A DNA stretch of 64,000 nt from NCBI GenBank assembly GCA_977020255.1, contig CDROCS010000757.1, positions 62,001 through 126,000 of the forward strand. The letters are read 5' to 3'. The notes under the pieces are model-generated. The model was not told where the DNA came from and made no database searches. It was given only the letters and a program-made list of their open reading frames with translations. Source of the stretch: Obrimoposthia wandeli. Taxonomy: Eukaryota. Positions 11,341 through 25,029 of the stretch are shown in pieces. Every line of letters begins with the position of its first letter. Position 1 is the stretch's first letter. The translations under genes were made by a program, and so were the position numbers.

Positions 11341-12937
11341 AAATGTATGATATTTAGAAGATATGGGTAACAGAAATTAACAAGGTGTTCAGGAAATTAA
11401 TGATATTTAGGTTTAAGCATAGATGATTAGTTACTTTTCTTCTACTTAATCCCCTCAACCACCACGAGATTAACCTCTTCTTAACCTCCATATTATTATT
11501 CTCTTCTTAGAGCAGAAATTATGTGTTATTTTATGTCCTATCTTTATCATAATTTCTAACATAAAGATGGGATACATGATTCGAATAAACAATTTAGCTG
11601 TAAGACCCTCTGATATAATTCCTCTATTAAGTCACAGTAATTTAGGTAAAGATACTCAGAGTATGTTTCGGTTAGAATATTAGCAGTCAACCTGTTAGGG
11701 TAATTCGAGATATCATTTCCGCATACTTGATAATTGATTTATAGTATAACTCTGAAATTGATCCAAGACAGTTGAAGTATCAGTTATATATAATATCCTA
11801 TCTTTATTTGATAATTTCTATATAAATGCATTCCCACTGAAGCCGATTAGTTATATATAATGTCTGCTAAATAAGGAGTCTCTGAAATTGATGAGTTAGA
11901 AATTATTATGAATTATAGGATAATGATGGATTATATTGATGAGACGAAGATGGTAAGATGAATTGATGTCAGATTTCCAGGTAAGATTGTGATAATTATT
12001 TTGTAAATAAATATTTTTAGATGAGGATGTTGAAGAAGATGGAGGATTAAGATGAAGACAAGATAGATGATTGCGATGAAGGATTGATGAAATGAAGATT
12101 AGATGCTGGATTATGACGAAGACAACATGCTGCTGAAGGATTGCATTGATGAGAAGAATGATTGTGATAATGAAGATTTATCGAAGTAATGAAGATTATG
12201 ATATTATGAAGAGATTATGGTGTAACAATGTATGTATCTTTAATAAAAATTATTCTTTACTATCTCTCTTTATCTCTATTTACTTGTTTAACTCATAGGT
12301 TTAAAAATGTACTTTTGCAAGTTGTGTAATAAATACTTTAATATTAGAAACCCTTTTTCTACTCACAAATAAAAATAGATTCAATTATACAAAATAAGTT
12401 TTAAAATAAAAAAATTCAGTTTAACAATTTATAAAACTTTTTTTACTCTCAAATAAAAGTAGTTGAAATTTCTTTAAATAAATTTTACAAAAATTTCTTA
12501 GAAAATATGTTTTCGCGCGCAAATGTTTTGAATTTGCGCGCATCAAAATTGATGTGTTAAAACAAAAGAACTTTTTAAATACTAGGTCATGACTTTGACT
12601 TTAAAATCATATGCCATTTTAATAATTATGACCTTAATTGAGAATGACTTTCTGAATTTGAGGGAAAACACCCTGAATCAACCGAAATTTGAATACTCGC
12701 CAAACAAAATTGATGCATTTTAAAAAATTAGCTTAAAATAGATTTACTATAGTACATAATGACCTTCAAATGACCTTGACCTTAAAATAACATCTGCCAT
12801 AAAAAAAAATTCAAAAAACATTTCGCGTAAATTTCAAAAAAAAATTGAGTTTTCGCTAAGGGGGTATCCTTCAACCATGAGTCGAAGTCATCACATCTTA
12901 CTACTTCGGTGTGTTGAAATAATTGTTGATAGACAAC

Positions 12938-13106
12938 AGTAGGTGGATGTGTCCGGTCTAATCCACACCCCCCTTGTCCTTTAAAACCGTGCATGTGTGT
13001 GGAGTGAAATTTCACTCCACACACCTACACGAAATTTCACTCCACACACATGCACGGTTTTAAAGGACAAGGGGGGTGTGGATTAGACCGGACACATCCA
13101 CCTACT
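12938..13106. mobile_element. 169-bp palindromic mini-Polinton (MITE-scale), family A
   Basis: Perfect 76-bp TIRs (12938-13013 and 13031-13106) with a 17-bp spacer. Termini are AGTAGG..CCTACT. The 6-bp TSD GACAAC is at 12932-12937 and 13107-13112. Confidence 0.92.
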
Positions 13107-13789
13107 GACAACCTACTCGAATTGTTAAAACTTTTACCGTTGGTGTAATAATATAATTCTTTTCTACAGCTGACTAGATTAATTTCGGGTACCCACATAT
13201 CGTTGTAGAGCCATATCAACCACGTTACACAGCACACTACATTAGTGGGAACCACATCAATTATATTTGTGAACACAACTCTGTATACACCTGGCAACAC
13301 AATAGCAAAAAACCTTCAGATTTGAGACTGAGTTAAGCAAGACAAACCAAAAATAGGCCACGTCCATCTGTAAGCCCTATTGCTACAGAACTCTCCAGTT
13401 CAATACAATCAGAAATCGGTCATGTTTATCATCAATCAGACAGTCAATGTTTGAGTGCATTAATGTAGGCCAAATGAATATATCATATATCAAGTTTATC
13501 ATAATTTAAAATATCCAAGATTTCATAAACTAGGCATGTGCACTCTTTTGGCTCGAGGGCTACATATTACCTTTTCCTATGGTTTTGGATTACACTTGAA
13601 ACAATATATTTATTAATTATAGATGCAATTATTTTAATGTGCAAAAATGGTTTGGTTAAAATTTATTAAAATTTATTCTGGAAAATATCTGATCCCACAT
13701 GTATGTGTTTTCAATTTTTTTTTATGAAACCTCTTTTTGGGAGGATTCTTATAAAGCTGTAGCAAGAAAAATTCTTTGAAGATGCATTT

Positions 13790-14003
13790 AAGATTATAAT
13801 TGTTTTGCAGATGATTGATCATGAAAAATTAATAAAATAAAAGAAAAATATTGGAATCACTGGAAAAGAGCTAAAATGGCATAAAAGTTATTTACTTTTT
13901 CACAAACAATGTGTCGTAATTGATTGCACTGTCTCTGATCCTGAAAACTTTAAATGCGGTGTTATCCAGTGTTCAATTCTTGGTCTAATTCTAGTTTGAA
14001 TTT
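13790..14003 (+). mobile_element. Non-LTR retrotransposon (CR1/L2-like) reverse transcriptase fragment
   Basis: MIDHEKLIK*KKNIGITGKELKWHKSYLLFHKQCVVID...CGVIQCSILGLIL resembles the LINE RT segment DHxILLxKL..GIxG..LxWFxSYL..RxQxV...GVPQGSILGP. Confidence 0.75.
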
Positions 14004-17000
14004 ATTTTGGTAGTAGCGGTAAGTGTCCACTCTCTGCACCTATATCTGGATCTCATCCCTCCGGGCGAGGTGAAGGCCCAAATTTATGTGCGGGGAGTGA
14101 ACCCTTGGCCTTTGGACTTTGATTCTTGGTCTCTCAGTAAAGTAAATCATCGTTTACGACATTTGCAAGACATTTTATCGGGGAATTTAAATTGGTCATA
14201 CAATACTTACTATAAGAAATCAATCATTTTCAAAAGTACTTTTATAAAATTACATTTTGGCGGGATTCAAAAAAAGCTTTTCATAAATAGAGTTCAAGAA
14301 ATCCAAAAGTTTATTTTGCGTACTATAAGATATCGTGATATTTAATAGAGGGTTTTGGATGAAATTTCGGCACAAATTCAAATAAAAAATACAAATACAA
14401 ATTTGACTACATTAAAGAAAAATAGTATTTTTTAAATAATGTGCAAAATTAATTAAAATACATTTTATATTCCCTAAAATTTATAATGAATTCAAATCGA
14501 TAGTTGCCATGTAACCTTAAACAAAAATTTCATCAAAATAAAGAAATAGTAATCAAATAATTTCATTTTAACCAAAATTCTACACTGTTTTCAAATAAAT
14601 TAATTAAATTTGAGTTCATTAAAACAAATTTTAAATTTTGTGTCAAATTAAATTTAAGCTTAAATTTTACACTGACTACAAATATAATAATAAAATTTTG
14701 ATTTGAGTTCAATAAACAACTACTATATATTTTATTCGTCAAACAATTAAAAAAAAAATTTTAAATTAGTTTCAATCTATTAATACAATATAATTCCCTT
14801 TTGTTTAATTTATTTAATTAATCCAATTAATTCAACTATATTTTCACATGATTTATTAAAGTTGTAGTAGACCTGTTAGAACTTTCTTAACCAAAATGTT
14901 GTTTTAAATTCAAATTTAAAATAAAAAAACAATTATTTTCAATCTATCCAAGTTACAGGAAACTTTCTTTTACAAAGATGTCACTCATCATTACCGGGTC
15001 ACCATCTCACTCTAAGTTTACATAATGATTAAAGTCAATAGAAAAAGCTTAGAAAACATAAATATTCATTCAAATTGTTCAGTTTATTTCAGAAACAGTT
15101 TTGTTTTCATTTTCGCAATTTCTCTAGCTAAAGTAAATTTAAAATACTATTTTATAAAAAATAAAGTCATAATAATTGAATATATTCAAAAGCATTCCAG
15201 AAATTAATTTCGCTGATGTGTAATTGCTGAAATATTTTCTTTTGTAACAAGCAAATAATTCTTTTGATAAACTTGTAGTTAATGCATAGAACATATCGAT
15301 GTTCCTATTTTTAAAACTAAGTTGAAACTAATGAAAAACGGTTTTCCTTACGTTTTTTAATCAATTTCAATGTATAAAAGTTTTAAAGAATCATATTTGT
15401 TAAACTTATATTATAGAACGAGTTCATATATAAATATATATTATTTGATTAATTTGTAATTAATCCACATGTGCGTATATATATTGAAATTTTAAAAAAT
15501 GTATTATTGTTTAAAATACACGAAATTTCCGAATACTTTAATCTTTTTAATTCTATACGTCTCATTTAAGTCTCGAGATGTCTGTTTCACAGATAAGCCA
15601 TCCTGTATTATCGGGTCACCATCTCCATATAAATTAAATAGAGTGGGTAAACATCAATATTTATTAAAAGTTTATAGCATAATACCTCATTTGGTAATTT
15701 TCCATATTGGTTTTAGGTTTTGTCTTGTATCCTTGATTCATGATGAATAGACTTCATTTTCATGTCATTGTCAACTTTCCAATAATCGTCAAAATATGTT
15801 AATCAGCACGAATAATTATTAAATTATTATGAATCTTTAACTCAATATCTATACGATGAAAGATGTCATTCAGTTATTTGATGTCTTGTTCATGGATATC
15901 TTCAGTGGTGTATTCAAACTTGATTTTATTCAATTTGACATGATTGGAGAAGATATATGTTTCTAGATTCTTTAATAAATACATATCCTTCTCACAGTAA
16001 TGATAAGGAGATTGAAATTGAGGCTTCTTTATTTCGTTTATATTCCTTTCATTAATATCAGAGATATCTCATAATAAATGTTAGATACAATCTTTATTCT
16101 CCTACGTTCTTCTTTTCTTCAATGGAGTAGTGTTGACAACTGATTAGATCTTCTTCCTGTCTGGAGTATCCTTTAGAATTACCTTCTCGATTTTGTTGTT
16201 TGTCAACATTGTCAGAAATAATGGTTGAAATGAATAACCTCGCCTGATTGATCAATAATTGATCAACTTCACATATATCCATGCATACATATGTGTATAT
16301 ATGTTAGTATTGATATGTTTATACCACATGTATATATCAGTTATCACAGGTATGTCCCTGCATTGCGTTTACATTTCGTTTATATACATTTGAATATCTC
16401 GAATACTAAAACGTATTATAACTGTCAAAACTTTATTGTAAAATGAATTGATTATTTTATTGAGAAAGTATCATCTAGTTAAAATTAATTTAGAAAATAC
16501 CATCGTTATATTGAAATATATCTTAATACCGTTAATAAATATTTACTCGTTTTATATCAAAATTCAATTTTAATTCACATAGGTTATTGATAATTCTTAA
16601 AATTTACACATGAATTAATTGGGTTACATAAGCAATATATTTTCAAGCCAACACCTTATTATTGAAGTATTTACAACTGTTTATTTACAACATACCACTA
16701 TTTTTCAAAATTAATAAGAAAAAGGTGCTAGAAGTGGTATTGGAACTTACGCGAAGAAACCTCTAGTGCATATTGAAAACCGTAAATACCCAGACATTCA
16801 GCAGCGGAATAATTATGAAAACTTCTTCCTTGACTTCTAAGAATTCATCTTAGTCTAATCAAATAGCTCCTTTGCATATGTAATGTACGATAGTAGAAAA
16901 TCCTCTTGTTCTCAATTATATATCCTACTCGACTTCAACCCGATTTTTGATGATGCTTTCAAATTGTGAAACTTGTTCTTATCCCTGTCACGTTTATATA

Positions 17001-18298
17001 AGAAACTCTTTTGTAATCAAATTATAAAAACGTTATTTTGAGAAAATGTTGACATTATAATCTTGTTTGTGAATCGGGTCTAAGAGAAACTGAAATGGAT
17101 TATCGTTGTAAATACAACCTTTTACTATATGATCATAAAGGTTCTACTAACAACCCAAACTATTTGAAATAAATTTAATTTATGTTTTACAGTTGTTTAC
17201 TATGTAAACTTTCTACGTAAAACTTAAAAGTCTTTAAAAGTTTAAATTAAATATTTTCTGTGTATTGTTTAATTGCCTTAATGAATAAATAAAACTTTTG
17301 AGTAAAAGTAAATTGTAGATTTATTATACTTTAGCTCTATGTTAAATATATTTTTGGTATTGTTATTATTGTGATATCTAAAGAGGGAGATGGAATTGTT
17401 GAAAGAAGCAATAGAAACAACAGTATATGCACATATTTTGTTGATTTAATTATCAGGTTTGGTAATGGGATATACGAATGATACATTTAATTAAACAGAT
17501 ACAACGTAATCACAATTGCTACATCGGTGGTTACCAACTTAAATGGGGGAAATTATAAGAATGTTTATGTTTTTACCCGCGAATCTTTCACGAGAGAAAC
17601 TGATGTTTTTCTTTGATATTCACATAGAAATGTCTGGTGATACGTTTCTTTGAGATAACAGCTATATTATCGCTAAGAACTGGAAAATAATTCAAGTTTG
17701 TGAGGTATTTTGTAAGCTATGTACAATTAATTTATCCACCAACTTCGCAATTTCGGCTGATCCTTCTCATAAACGGCTTCTTGTACAATTTTTAAAATGT
17801 AATTTACGATTTCAGATACCGATACAATTTCAGATAATAATTATGACTTTTCTTTAAAAATCTTAAAATTCCGAAGCACTTGAAAAGTAATTTCTCAAAA
17901 AGAATACAGATCTTGGAAAGAGAGATGCATCGACATTTGTATTTTACACTTCAGTACGTCGATTTGTTCATTAGAGCTTGTCGATACATTGTTAAGAGTC
18001 TCCCTCAATGAAGATCATCTTAAAAGACAGACGTAGTAGACATTGATTGACGATTAAATCATAATGTTATTTTGAAAATTGTTACTTCCCTCTTATTCAT
18101 TTCTTAATTGTCCAAAAAACACAAAGAGTAGATTTATTATTATTGTACAGTGTTTTATTGGCCTCTTATCACTCCAGTAAACACAATTATGCTTGTTATC
18201 TCATTGAATAATGTCTCTCTAGTAGAACTTTAATTTTATTATCAAATTTATTCGGCTCGATGATTATCGAAAAGCGAATATATTTATGAAGGTTTTCA

Positions 18299-18301
<3 letters not shown>

Positions 18302-18329
<28 letters not shown>
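18302..18329. repeat. (AT)14 microsatellite
   Basis: Seen directly. Confidence 0.95.
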
Positions 18330-18332
<3 letters not shown>

Positions 18333-19037
18333 GATACTTTTTTAATTTTTTTAAAGTCTATTTATTGAAACGATCTTATTAATAATTAGCTTTTCTGCAT
18401 GTATCATAGAAATTTCTAGGTAATTATTAAAAATATTAATTAAATCTTTCTCGGTTTTCAAACTTCGGACCTCTTCGATTTAGGTTAATTCAATTTTCTA
18501 CGAATAATAATTGATCTTCGTGATATTCATATTAAATCGTTATTTTAAAAATACATAACTTGAGATTAAAATTGATTGGTCAATAGATTCCCTAATATTT
18601 CAATAATCGATTTTATAATGAGTGATATTTTTTATCATTTATTTGGTGATAAATGATGATGAGAAAAGTTGAATTTTTTATATTTATAAAATTCAACATG
18701 GTAACTTAATTTCAAAAATGCGTGAAATAAAATAAAAATGTTATAAATAATTATGAAGCACCCTCAGAATTTATTAAAAAGACAAATTGGCGTTGTAAGA
18801 TGTATGAAAAAGAATCGTTGTAATGGTGAGAGTTTGCAAAAGTAATAGAGAAATCAGTTCAGCCAATCTGCATCAGTCACCGTTTTTCTCGACGTTGATT
18901 CGTAGGAAATTTATTGTCATTGCTTCTAAATTGTTTGAGATACGGACATTTTGATTCTCATAGTGAACTTAACGAGGAGATTTATTGCTCCACTTCTCTA
19001 ATTGCTTCATTGGCCTGGCTGTGTGGACCACAGAAGT

Positions 19038-19145
19038 ATGAGCGGTCGAGAGAGCAGAGGAGTCGTGGTGAAAGGCAAGTTCAAGGTGCTGAAAAGAACC
19101 AATACAATGCATGCTTCATCCCAGTTCCAGAATGCTCGAGCTCTG
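19038..19145 (+). CDS. Candidate first coding exon (alternative N-terminus 1) of a host gene: MSGRESRGVVVKGKFKVLKRTNTMHASSQFQNARAL
   Basis: GC-rich island with acceptor CCACAG at 19033, ATG 4 nt later, 108 nt open, and a phase-0 donor GTACGT at 19146. Confidence 0.55.
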
Positions 19146-21079
19146 GTACGTCTTTCTAGTGATGTAGTTCATGTGTTCCAATGCATTTACAAACTTCTGG
19201 GTTTGGACAATTATACTGGATAAGGTTACATATAAAGAACTCCCGCTGAAAACTGTAATGATAAATTCCCTAATTTTGCCTTTTTTGAATGTACACTCTA
19301 TGGAAAATTAATTAAAACTTTATACATTGTTTATTTGATTGTATACAGTACATGGCATACATACAAACGTTCCACCGATTTCCAATTTTTTTATAAACTT
19401 GTTCTTCTCTATTTTCGACACAATGTGTATGTCAAGTTAGCAGTACACCTATTGTACATTAGTAAGTTAGAATGAGACATTTACTAAATTAATACCAGCA
19501 GTTGATGTTAAATTCCAATTACAGATTCTATCGATGATAGGATGTCGTATCATTTCTGGCCCATAGAGTAGGTTAGAATTGAATTTTTTAGGTAAAATTA
19601 CATGGAAGAATAAATTTACACAAACCTACACGGATGAGCACAAAGATGATCCAATTAAAATCCATCGAAGAGCACAATTTTTGATAAACTTACTAAGTTA
19701 AAAGGAAGTTAATAAGTTAAATATTTATAACAAGAAAATCAAATTTTGTGTATAGGAATTTTAACTGGATTTCCCGAATGATAATTAGTAAGTTTTTGAT
19801 TTACCTTCTTTGAAAGTTATGATTTTTTCTTAATTTTAATTTAAATAAAAACTAAATAATAAAGATGAAATTTATACTTGTTATGGGTTTTTAGGACTCG
19901 TAAAGCAAAACAGCAACTTCATATTACGTGTTTCTCCATCCTGGATTAATAAGGATAAACAATGGGCATGCTTTATTGAAGAGGTCCATAAAATGATACA
20001 ACTAAATGTTGAAGTCGATGTGAATTATTGGGCAGAATTTACAACATAGTGAAACCATACCTTTATGCCCATTTTATTTTGAGATGTAATTTTTTACAAT
20101 GCTCTATATTGTGGGCAAAAACCGGGAGGGGAGGGGGTCTTTATTACTCATCTCAATTTATCATGAATTTAGATTCATATTTTATAAAAGATATTAAATA
20201 CTCAATAAATAATAAAATTATTTACCATAATTTATCTTTTCAAAATTGGGTTGAAATCCTTAACCTATAAATAGCTTAACAGTCAATTTATCGTTAAAAT
20301 AACGATTTAGCAATATTACATATTCGAAAACTGTTTTGGTGACCAAATCTGAGGGGGGGGGTATTGGCACACATCACGAATAAATAAAATCTCAAAATCA
20401 AGTAAAAACAAAGGGATCCACTGACAACTACAACCTAGAAATTGCGCACCACATTCAAAACACAGTCAGGAGACACACACGAACACATTTTTATAATTAA
20501 TAATAAAAAAATATATAATTTTTTTTCATCAAATTTTACATTCAAGAATGAATTTAGAATTAGTGATATTCTATCTCAGATATTCTATCTCAGATATCGG
20601 TTAAAAAATAAAAAAAGAAAGTAGATGTGATTAAATTATTTTAATTTGAAGAATTTGCGATTTCATGTCTCAATTGACACTGTTAAATGGAAAATTTTAA
20701 TAATTAATATTATGAGAAAAAAATTAAAATTACGAGTTCTAAATTTAGAATTTTTATTCTATTTTTTACATTTATGCTCAGTAGAAATCTTGCAAAAAAT
20801 CTCCCGGAGCAAGGTAAACATGTTTACACAAATATAGAGGGTCATCATAAGTCACATAGCAAATATGATCTTTGTATTGTTTGGTCCCTTTGGTACACTT
20901 TGATACGCGAAAAATTATAATATTGGAATCGGGTAGTTACCTAAATAATAAAAATGTGAACATTTCCTCAAGGAAGATTATTGAAAATTTGGAAGTTACT
21001 ATTTCAAGAGTTATGGATAAATGACTGAATAAAAGGAATTAAAAATATTCCACGAATGTACTGAAAATAGCTCTCAGCA

Positions 21080-21420
21080 CAGCGGTCCCCAAACTGTGGG
21101 AATTCCTCCTGGGGGACTTTCAGTATTCTAGGGATGGGGAAATGAGTTTGAATAAAAATTTGTATTGGTACATTTTGACATAATACATAGTTTATGTAAT
21201 AACTTTAACCTTGCGATTTAATATATATATAGCAATAATGTTAAAAAATGAGTAAACACATAAAATAAGGAGTAAAAGAAAGAAAATATATTAAAACAGC
21301 ATCATTCTTCATAATTAATACATTTTTGTTTATTATATATTTCAAAGATTTACCAGAATACCAAAAACAAAATATATTTAATCATATCACAGAATGGTTG
21401 GCACATAATTTTACAGATGA
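21080..21420. mobile_element. hAT (Charlie/Buster-like) terminal remnant
   Basis: CAGCGGTCCCCAAACTGTGG resembles Charlie-type TIRs; the partner end was not found. Confidence 0.3.
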
Positions 21421-21889
21421 GAAGAGAGTTACATTGATGGACCAGATATAAGGTAATTATAGCATAAAATATTTTATTTATAAGAAAGACAAGTTCAATG
21501 CTTTGAGCCAATGACGTCGATGTAGTGGTACAGAAATAATGGTCCAGGGGCAGTGTTGTAAAATGAAATGATTTTGTATAATGTTATTTCATTAGGGAAA
21601 TAGGAGCGCATATATTCTATGTAAAAGTCAATACCACAAACTGCATAATTTAATGATTATTTTATAACAATAAATTAATTTTTATTGGGAACATTTTGAT
21701 TTTCTCTTTTTCGGTCACAAACGATTAACAAACGATTAACAAACTAAACAAATAAAAATATTATTTAAATTACACGTCCTTGCATTCTATTAGCAAAATT
21801 GCTTTTTGTAAATTTTCATTGACGCGACTTCTTTGGTCAGATAATTTATATTTCAACGTGGAGAAAACTCTTTCTACAGACGTTTGACT

Positions 21890-22620
21890 TGCAGGTGCCG
21901 ATTATACTATATTTGCAAGTTTATTCAAATCACCTCTTCTATATTCCATCTGAATGTCCAAGCTACTTAAATCATTTATCCAAGTCTGGAATTGGGAAGG
22001 AATCGATTTTGTTGTTCTAAGCATGAACGTTATGGCTTTGTGATAAGTTCTCAGTTTGAATCTCTTTCCATATAAATAGTGGTTGAAATGCTGACAGAAA
22101 TAGTAAATTGCTAATAGCTCTTATCTTGTAATGCAGTATCCCTTTTCATGCGCATTCTTTGCCGGTTTCTCCGACTTGGGACAACATCGCTCCGATTGCG
22201 TTGATATTAACATCGGTGTCCAGAATGAATTCCTTTGTAAAATCTGGGAATGCCAAATTTATTCAATATTGCAATTTTTGTTCTCAGTATACAAAACGTT
22301 TGTGTTTCGGCATTATTTCCATATCACATATAAACTTGTAAAAACGTTGAAATAGCAACAAAAATTAAAAACGTGGTTCAGCAGGCCCAAATATTTCCAT
22401 TTTGACAAAAAAGAAAGTAATATTCTCACCTCTACATGAAACGATGTCTGAAGGAGACTTATTAAAGAAGCTATTTTTAAAATTTGGAAATACAAAGGCC
22501 GTTTATCGGAACCTCATCAAAGATGACAATGTCAAATTCGAAAAGAATTCTTTGTTTTCATTCCAAGATCTTGACAATATTTTTCCTGTCACCTTGCTAA
22601 TTTCCCAGGATATCTTCGTG
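21890..22620 (-). mobile_element. Ty3/Gypsy pol remnant (RNase H, traces of RT)
   Basis: Minus strand reads LAFPDFTKEFILDTDVNINAIGAMLSQ...ELLAIYYFCQHFNHYLYGKRFKLRTYHKAI, a Gypsy RNase H segment. KYLG lies upstream. Confidence 0.85.
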
Positions 22621-25029
22621 AGGTCAGTGATGAGCCAAGAGAACGATTGTCTTTCAAAAATCTTGCCTAGTAGTTACATAAAACAAAACATATTTGGTGG
22701 GTTGCAGAGAGGAGAAAGATACAGCGCATTTCCAAATAAAGAAAAACAGCTGAAGACTTTACTATTTAAAAAAACATTATCAATAATGCAATTCAGGAAG
22801 CGCCTTTGATAATTAAATCACAGATTTTTAAGATATTAGAGCTATATTAAATATATTATTATTTTGTATTGTTTATGAATTAACATTATTAAAAAAATTA
22901 TTTGTTTTTCTTCTGTCGATGATTCAATAGCAATTATAACAAATTCATTAACAAAATTGTTAATTTTGATTATTTATCTATGATTTCATAATTTTGATAA
23001 AAAAATGGGACAGAACAAAATGATCAATTTAATATAAAAGAATAGTTATTTACGTTAATTGTTTAGATCAGGAATAAAATGCTTAATTGACAATAACATT
23101 TGCTTTGAGTTTTTCTATCTTTCCATCCTCACTTTACGTTTAAGAATTTCACAATCTCACCTACATTGCAATTAATCAAATACAAGATTACACCTGTAAC
23201 TTTATGACAGGTGCGATAAATTCCTCATATTATCACTAGATATTTCTGAAGATGAAAGAATCAAAACCTAACATCTTAAAATCGTGAAGAAAAACAAAAA
23301 TTGTACATTTATTAACCTTATAAAGTCCATGTACATTTTAACTGATGTACTCTAATACCCCAAAGTTCCATTCATAACACGTGCGTTATACAAACAAAAA
23401 AGTATTTTTTGTTAAGAAAATTAAAAATGACCCTTTTTGAACTTATAAAAGGGACTTCAAACATTATGGATGAATTTATGTGGTAAGCAAATTTAATATC
23501 GAATTTTCGGATTCACTTGTTTTTCTATTTCCTTTTATTATATAATTAAATGAAATAAAATGTTTAGCTAGAATATTAAACTGCAATTTTGACATTGACA
23601 ATATGCATAAATTCGATACATTTCATGAACAACTATTATGAATGACTATTTATTAAAAGCATAAAGCTGACAAAATAAAACAAAACATAAACTCTTTTCA
23701 TTGCTACAACTCATTATTTTCATGTTTATGTAAAGTGCAAGAGAATCTAACAGCTCTAATAATTTTTGTAGTGCATCAGGCAATTCATCTTCTTTGCTGA
23801 ATTCATCGGATAAATCGTCCTTGTTGATGCTTTTATGATAGTAAATCATCTTGTAAATCATCTAAGCATTCAGCCTTTCATTTAGAACAAAAGATTTAAA
23901 ACTTTATTTCACTGAATGTCAAGTGGTTGAATTTTAAAAGTTCGCCGGGTAAAACTGCAAAACGAGAATTATTTTCAATTCGTTTTCTGTTGTTGTTTCA
24001 ACTACCGACATATGTGACGTTGCTGAATCGAGAACTAAGCCAGACCTATGTTTCAAAGACGACCCTGAAAGTTTCCGCCACATCTCGTTATTTTATTATA
24101 CTGGCTACGTTTCTGCATACAACACTGTATAATTACTTGACAAATCAAATGCCATCAGAATTTCATCCATATTGCCAATTTGAATATTACTAACAAATTT
24201 CATAGTGTTTTATGTACACAATAATTGAAACCAATTTTCCTCCAAATCAATGGGTGATTGTTGATCTACAGATTTTTTCATTCAAAAGGAAAACCCAACA
24301 TTCCAGGTAAATTATTATGCTGATTTAGTAGCGTATGAATTACACGCATTATGGCTTCGATCTACGCTGCCTCCGTTAAGTATATGTCTAGTTAAATTAA
24401 AGATTCGGAACTTAATACAGCAGTATAGGAATGAAATAAAACACCGAACAAAGTACTCAAATTATATCGATTCCTTAAAATATGTATACGAGTTTGTATA
24501 AGAGACTATACGAAGTTTATTAATAAAGAGGATGAGTTGTTTTATTAACTTCAAACGGCACTTATAGTGAAATATACTTTTCGAATATCCAACAAAAATA
24601 CAAAAATTGAACACCCTAATATATATATATATATGAAAGGGTAGGGTAATAGCTGGAAAATCTGGTAAAAGCAGTGTTCTTCTGGAAAAAACACATAATT
24701 ATATTAGTCAGCCTAGTAAATATTTTCTTGGTATTTTTTGGTGTTTTTAATTATAGCAGTTTTATTGCAGTTTTTGATATATTGAAAATCATATTTTAAA
24801 ATAACTTAAATAAGCATATAATTTAAAATATTACAAACTATGCACCATGTATTGTCGTGTTTGGTGTTTTGATGGATATATGGCATTAGAAATTTGGAAT
24901 TGTCAGAATTATGATCGTTGGTTGTTTTGTTGATAGCTATTTTTTTTTGTTGGTTCTGATTTTGTTGTTCAATGATTATATTTGAGTATTATTTTTATTG
25001 TGGGTGTTGGGTTCTGAAACTGCCATGTT

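Larger units (their letters stand above)
9005..12905. mobile_element. Non-autonomous Polinton/Maverick-type element, family C, 3,901 bp, TIRs of about 920-980 bp
   Basis: Starts AGTAGT (9005) and ends ACTACT (12905). The 6-bp TSD TCGGTG is at 8999-9004 and 12906-12911. Inverted arms span about 9005-9927 and 11923-12905. No polymerase, integrase or capsid ORF lies inside. Confidence 0.88.

Noticed and set aside
10440-11420. Coding sequence under an alternative genetic code or an LRR/FNIP-type repeat gene
   Set aside because: All frames contain TAA, TAG and TGA stops and no stable repeat consensus could be read; recorded only as degenerate repeats.
15800-17100. Coding-like minus-strand patches (gag/RT-like)
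   Set aside because: No diagnostic motif survived; cannot support a call.
22402-22809. 135-aa + strand ORF
   Set aside because: Antisense shadow of the minus-strand Gypsy pol remnant; no recognisable motif.
20785-24306. Micro-exon candidates 20785-20813 and 24272-24306 bridging to an acceptor at 35703
   Set aside because: Phase-compatible but weak, and unnecessary once 35678 is read as an ATG-bearing exon.
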